The translations under genes were made by a program, and so were the position numbers. A DNA stretch of 64,000 nucleotides, taken from positions 1-64,000 of the forward strand of contig CAXBMO010000029.1 in the NCBI GenBank assembly GCA_963977015.1. Reading direction: 5' to 3'. Every line of letters starts with the position of its first letter. The stretch's first letter is position 1. This DNA comes from an uncultured bacterium. GTDB lineage: Bacteria; Verrucomicrobiota; Verrucomicrobiia; Verrucomicrobiales; DEV007. This document shows positions 59,404 through 64,000 of the stretch, piece after piece. Below the pieces are notes generated by a model. The model searched no databases and had not been told where the DNA came from. It saw nothing but the letters and a program-made list of their open reading frames with translations.

Positions 59404-61809
59404 TTAGACCAGCGCATGCCGGAGGACTTCATCGACCGTCTCAACAGGAACAATTTCGAGACGTTCTCTGACTTCTTCGGGAAGCTCCGGAATGTCCTTT
59501 TCGTTGAGTTTGGGAATGATCACTTTCTTGATCCCCGCAGTCAGGGCCGCGATCGTTTTCTCCTTGAGGCCGCCTATCGGTAACACCAAACCGCGAAGCG
59601 TGATTTCACCCGTCATAGCGACTTCGTGATTGACCGAACGATTCGCATAGAGCGAGGCCAAGGCGGTAAACATCGTGATTCCGGCAGAAGGCCCATCCTT
59701 GGGAACGGCACCGGCCGGCACGTGGATGTGGACATCGTAGTTTTCAAAATCGGCCGGCTTGATCTTCAGCTCCTTGGCTCGAGAGCGAACCAGGCTCTGA
59801 GCTGCCTGCACCGATTCCTTCATCACATCACCCAGTTGACCGGTTAGCTTGACGTTGCCTTTTCCCGGAAACCGGATCGCCTCGACGTGGAGAACATCTC
59901 CACCAACCTGCGTGTAGGCCAGTCCGGTCACGACGCCGGGTTGACTTTTGAGGAGTTTGCTTTCCCTGACGAACTTGGCGGGCCCCAAAATGTGGCGAAC
60001 CTCATTCAAATCGACGTTCAAACTCGTGATCTCCTCTTTTGCGACCCGAGCCGCAACGGAACGGCAAACCGAGCCGAGTTCCCGTTCGAGATTCCGAACT
60101 CCGGATTCCCGCGTGTAATCGGAAATCACGGCACGAATCGCTTTTTCCTCGAACGTGCACTGATCTTCCTTCAGCCCGTTTTCCTTGATCTGCCGCGGGA
60201 TGAGATAGCGGGTTGCGATGTTCAGCTTCTCTTCCTCGGTATAACCAGGAAGCTCAATGGTCTCCATCCGATCCAGAAGGGGGGCGGGAATCGTGGAAAG
60301 CGTGTTGGCCGTCGCGATGAACATGACCTGCGACAAATCAAAGGGCACATCGAGGTAACGGTCCGAAAAACTGTCATTCTGACGCGGATCTAGCACTTCA
60401 AGAAGGGCGCTCGCGGGATCTCCACGGAAGTCGGCTCCCATCTTGTCGACTTCATCCAGCATCATCACCGGATTTCGCGTTCCGACGCGTCGCAATTCCT
60501 GGATGATACGTCCGGGCATCGACCCGATGTAGGTCCGGCGGTGACCGCGAATCTCGGATTCATCGCGAATGCCTCCCAACGCCATGCGAGTAAATTCCCG
60601 TCCCAGTGCATCGGCAATGGATTCACCCAGGCTGGTTTTTCCGACTCCGGGAGGACCGACGAAGCAAAGAATTGGTCCCTGGCCGGTCGGATTGAGCTTC
60701 CGAACCGCCAAAAATTCGATGATCCGCTGCTTCACGCGCTTCAGTCCATAATGATCCTGATCGAGCTTTTCCTGAGCCGCGTTGAGATCCAGATTGTCCT
60801 TGCTCATCGCCTCCCACGGCAACTCGGCGAGCGTTTCGAGGTAGTTGAGAATCACGGAGTGATCCGGGCTTTGCGGCGGAATGATCTCCAATCGCTTGAG
60901 TTCGTGATCCGCCTGCTCGCGCGCTTCCTCAGGCAGATTCGCCGCATCGAGCCGTTCGCGCAGATCTTCGACCTCTTCTTCAGTCCCATCCTGCTCACCC
61001 AATTCCTTCTGGATGGCACGGAGTTGCTCGCGAAGATAAGCCCGCTTCTGCGATTCTGTGAATTCCGTCTCCACATCCGATCGTAACTTCTGCTGGATTT
61101 CCGCGATGCGAAGCTGGTTATCGATCTGCTTTTGCAGATTCTCGACCCGCAAAACCACATTCAACTGACTCATGAGGTCCTGGCTGCGATTCAACTCAAG
61201 GCTCAGATTGCCAGCCAAAAAGTCACTCAACGTCGCGGGATCATCCATGCCCGAAAGCATCGTGATCGCTTCAGGGGGAACGTTCGGATTGAATTCGAGA
61301 AGCTTGATCGCTGATTCGCGCAGATTGCGAACCGCAGCCGTCCAGTATTCGTCATCGTCTTCGGGCGACGACTGCACCAGGCGCTCCACCTCGACTTTCA
61401 AAAACGGTTCCGTCTGCGTGGCTCGCACCAGCTTCACGCGTTCGATGCCTTGCGAAATCACGATGGCGGCTTCTTGATCGGGCCGAACCAGGCGCAGCAC
61501 TTTGGCCAGGCAACCCACCTCATGGAGATCCTCCAGACCGACATCGTCCTTCTCGGGATCTTTCTGAAGCACCACCACGACGTGATCGCCATGGGGCAGG
61601 CTTTGTTCGAGCATCTCCAGGGTTGAGGCGCGTCCCACGCTCAGGGGAGAAATGGTTCCCGGAAACAAGACGGAATTGCGCAACGGCAGAACCGGAATCT
61701 CAGCCGGGAGGTTCAGCTTTTCCAACGTCGCATCGCCTTCCTCCACGATCGTGGCTTCTTTGGGAGGCTCATTCGACCCATTCTGTAATTCCAAATTTTC
61801 TGACTCCAT
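59404..61809 (-). CDS. lon: ATP-dependent Lon protease
   Basis: GPPGVGKTS, HRRTYIG, PKDGPSAG and GGLKEK motifs. Start is 61809 or 61845. Confidence 0.95.
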   Translation of the reverse strand: MESENLELQNGSNEPPKEATIVEEGDATLEKLNLPAEIPVLPLRNSVLFPGTISPLSVGRASTLEMLEQSLPHGDHVVVVLQKDPEKDDVGLEDLHEVGCLAKVLRLVRPDQEAAIVISQGIERVKLVRATQTEPFLKVEVERLVQSSPEDDDEYWTAAVRNLRESAIKLLEFNPNVPPEAITMLSGMDDPATLSDFLAGNLSLELNRSQDLMSQLNVVLRVENLQKQIDNQLRIAEIQQKLRSDVETEFTESQKRAYLREQLRAIQKELGEQDGTEEEVEDLRERLDAANLPEEAREQADHELKRLEIIPPQSPDHSVILNYLETLAELPWEAMSKDNLDLNAAQEKLDQDHYGLKRVKQRIIEFLAVRKLNPTGQGPILCFVGPPGVGKTSLGESIADALGREFTRMALGGIRDESEIRGHRRTYIGSMPGRIIQELRRVGTRNPVMMLDEVDKMGADFRGDPASALLEVLDPRQNDSFSDRYLDVPFDLSQVMFIATANTLSTIPAPLLDRMETIELPGYTEEEKLNIATRYLIPRQIKENGLKEDQCTFEEKAIRAVISDYTRESGVRNLERELGSVCRSVAARVAKEEITSLNVDLNEVRHILGPAKFVRESKLLKSQPGVVTGLAYTQVGGDVLHVEAIRFPGKGNVKLTGQLGDVMKESVQAAQSLVRSRAKELKIKPADFENYDVHIHVPAGAVPKDGPSAGITMFTALASLYANRSVNHEVAMTGEITLRGLVLPIGGLKEKTIAALTAGIKKVIIPKLNEKDIPELPEEVRERLEIVPVETVDEVLRHALV

Positions 61810-61814
61810 ATCGG

Positions 61815-62231
61815 TTAAGTTGCTTTGATTGGAAGACTCACCCACAGGTATCCTTCGACCTTCGTTGCGGTGACTCCCTCTGGATCGACCGCCTGGGGCA
61901 GGTGGATTTCTCGTGCGAATGGTCCGTTCTCAATTTCCAGTGCCAGGGTTTGGCAACAAGAGACGGAGGGATCCTCAATCTCGGGGCGTGGAATCGCGCG
62001 AAATCCCTGAATGCTGATTTTCTGCGGCAAAACCTTCAGGTCGATCGCTTCCCGGTGGACCCCTGCCAAATCGACACAGATCTCGAAGCGATGATCGTAG
62101 CGGTAGGCGTTGATCGCGGGCGTCCACGCAGGATTGGGCGCAAGGTAGTGAGAGAACTGAAGCTTCTCAATGCCCTGGACGACCTCCTCGGTCTGGGCGA
62201 AAACGCGGGTGTAACGGATTTTTCTCGCCAT
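61815..62231 (-). CDS. Hsp20/alpha-crystallin family protein
   Basis: W.PAIN.Y, DLAGV, GPFAREIHLP and GYLWVSLP motifs. Confidence 0.88.
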   Translation of the reverse strand: MARKIRYTRVFAQTEEVVQGIEKLQFSHYLAPNPAWTPAINAYRYDHRFEICVDLAGVHREAIDLKVLPQKISIQGFRAIPRPEIEDPSVSCCQTLALEIENGPFAREIHLPQAVDPEGVTATKVEGYLWVSLPIKAT

Positions 62232-62239
62232 AACGGGGT

Positions 62240-62269
62240 AAGTTGGCGGTCTTGGTTAGGTTTTGTCAA
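62240..62269 (-). promoter_or_regulatory. Possible sigma70-like promoter of hsp20-lon
   Basis: TTGACA (62264-62269), 18-nt spacer and a weak -10 (CAACTT) just before the ATG. Confidence 0.3.
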
Positions 62270-62369
62270 GAGGCGGGAAGTTCCCGACTCAGTTCCTTGG
62301 ACGATTTGGAGCCGCAGACCTATCAACCCACCTTGATTAGGGGCTAACATTGTCAATAGTTCGCCATCC

Positions 62370-63746
62370 ATGCCTGAATCCCCCCGTGTTGCCATTCTCA
62401 ATGTCGTAGGCCTGACCAGTCGGTTCTTCGGTCCCGACATGCCGGAGATCACCGCGTTTCAACAACGCAGCCAATGGGCGCACGTCGAGCCGATGCTCCC
62501 CGCCGTCACCTCTTCGGTCCAGGCCACCTACCTGACCGGAAAAACTCCGGGAGATCACGGCATCGTCGCCAACGGCTGGTATGACCGGGCCCGCGCCGAG
62601 CATCTCTTCTGGAAGCAATCCGACCGCTTCGTCGCCGGCCCGAAACTCTGGGAGATCCTCAAGGACGCCAACCCCGACTTTACCTGCGCCCGTCTCTTTT
62701 GGTGGAACAACATGTATTCCACCGTCGATTACTCCATCACCCCGCGCCCCATCTATTGCGCCGACGGCAAAAAGGTTTTCGACATCACTTCCCGCCCGCT
62801 CGACATCCGCGATGCCATCAAGGCCGACCTCGGCGACTTTCCCTTTCCCCAGTTCTGGGGACCGGGCTCCGGCATCGGCTCCAGCCAATGGATCGCCGAC
62901 TCCGCCAAATGGATCGAGGAAAAATACGCCCCCAACCTCAACCTCGTCTACCTCCCACACCTCGACTACAACCTCCAGAAGTGGGGACCGAACGATCCGC
63001 GCATCGCCGAAGATCTCCGCGCCATTGATGAAGTCGTTGGCCGCCTCATCCGGTTCTTCGAAAAACGCGGCGTCAAGCCCGTCCTCCTCTCCGAATACGG
63101 CATCACCGAGGTCGATCGCCCCGTTCACCTCAATCGCGTCTTTCGCGAGCACGGCTGGCTCGAGATCAAGGAAGAGCTGGGGAGCGACGTCCTCGAACTT
63201 GGCGATTGTCGCGCCCTCGCCATCGCCGATCACCAGATCGCCCACATCTACCTCAATGACCCGAGCCTGAGGGAGGACGTTAAAGCCGTTCTCGCCCAAA
63301 CTGAAGGCGTCGAGCGCGTTCTCGACCGTGCCGAACTCGCCGAAGCCGGGCTCGACCACCCCCGCAGCGGCGATCTCGTCGCCATCGCGGATTCCCGCAG
63401 TTGGTTCACCTATTACTATTGGCTCGACGACGACAAGGCGCCCGACTTTGCCCGCACCGTCGACATCCATCGCAAGCAGGGCTACGACCCCGTCGAACTC
63501 TTTATCGATCCCAAAATCGTCCTCCCCAAGGTCAAGATCATCAGCAAGCTCATCCGCAAGAAACTCGGCCAGCGCATTCTCATGGACCTCATCCCGCTCG
63601 ACTCCACCCTCGTCAAGGGCTCCCACGGTCGCCTTCCCGAGGATCAAGCCGACTGGCCCGTCCTCATCGGCCCCTTTGCCGCGTTAAAAGACTCCGACCA
63701 AGTCGGCGCCTGCGACGTCTTCGAGCACCTGCGCCAGCTTCTTTAG
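62370..63746 (+). CDS. Alkaline phosphatase superfamily nucleotide pyrophosphatase (EboF-like)
   Basis: PAVT..Q.TYLTG, HGIVANG, YLPHLDY, SEYG and KGSHG motifs. Confidence 0.85.
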   Translation: MPESPRVAILNVVGLTSRFFGPDMPEITAFQQRSQWAHVEPMLPAVTSSVQATYLTGKTPGDHGIVANGWYDRARAEHLFWKQSDRFVAGPKLWEILKDANPDFTCARLFWWNNMYSTVDYSITPRPIYCADGKKVFDITSRPLDIRDAIKADLGDFPFPQFWGPGSGIGSSQWIADSAKWIEEKYAPNLNLVYLPHLDYNLQKWGPNDPRIAEDLRAIDEVVGRLIRFFEKRGVKPVLLSEYGITEVDRPVHLNRVFREHGWLEIKEELGSDVLELGDCRALAIADHQIAHIYLNDPSLREDVKAVLAQTEGVERVLDRAELAEAGLDHPRSGDLVAIADSRSWFTYYYWLDDDKAPDFARTVDIHRKQGYDPVELFIDPKIVLPKVKIISKLIRKKLGQRILMDLIPLDSTLVKGSHGRLPEDQADWPVLIGPFAALKDSDQVGACDVFEHLRQLL

Positions 63747-63809
63747 GTTCGATGCCCCGTCACCGGGTTCCCCGCTTGATTCAGCCTCAATCCTCTCTAT
63801 CACTGTCCC

Positions 63810-64000
63810 ATGAAGCTCGAAACCCTTTGCCTTCACGGCGGCCATCAGCCGGACCCCACCACCAAATCCTGCGGCGTCGCCGTCTACCGCACCGCAGCCT
63901 ACGTCTTTGACTCCACGGAGCACGCCGCCAATCTCTTCGCCTTGAAGGAGCTGGGCAACATCTATTCGCGGATCATGAATCCGACCAACGACGTCCTCGA
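63810..64000 (+). CDS. metY: O-acetylhomoserine aminocarboxypropyltransferase (partial)
   Basis: Hand translation: [11 protein letters not shown]...[27 protein letters not shown]. It runs off the right edge. Confidence 0.88.
   Translation, partial: MKLETLCLHGGHQPDPTTKSCGVAVYRTAAYVFDSTEHAANLFALKELGNIYSRIMNPTNDVL

Noticed and set aside
62232-62369. CIRCE element upstream of hsp20-lon
   Set aside because: TTAGCACTC-N9-GAGTGCTAA is not present.

Overview
This is a 64-kb GC-rich bacterial window. Its gene content (DUF1552/DUF1592 and DUF1549-DUF1553/DUF1501 cytochrome-c pairs, sulfatases, Gfo/Idh/MocA enzymes, a PQQ-type propeller) points to the PVC superphylum, most likely Verrucomicrobia (inference). 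Most of the window is backbone: pyrC, tRNA-Tyr, hisS, lysS, thpR, ribH-nusB-ftsY, hsp20-lon and the start of a metY-like gene. The main accessory region is a ~10-kb defence island (about 14.0-23.7 kb) next to the 3' end of tRNA-Tyr(GTA). It carries a tightly coupled minus-strand operon: SNF2 helicase, a 61-aa protein, a Rad50-like ABC ATPase with a CPVC zinc hook and a C-terminal HEPN-like R-x5-H motif (RloC-like architecture), and a truncated AIPR-like gene. Facing it are a decayed second SNF2 5' end and a GmrSD-like DUF262/DUF1524 gene, with a low-GC putative nuclease in between. This operon is the best candidate for an undescribed system. Other notable items are a TIR-YbjN-bPH operon, a VapBC pair, two related ~210-bp hairpin-ended REP/MITE-like elements, an internally deleted Y1-transposase element, a large PVC-type protein whose cupredoxin domain has lost its copper ligands, and an apparent strand-skew switch near 62 kb. 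All calls are from motif recognition by eye; no searches were run.
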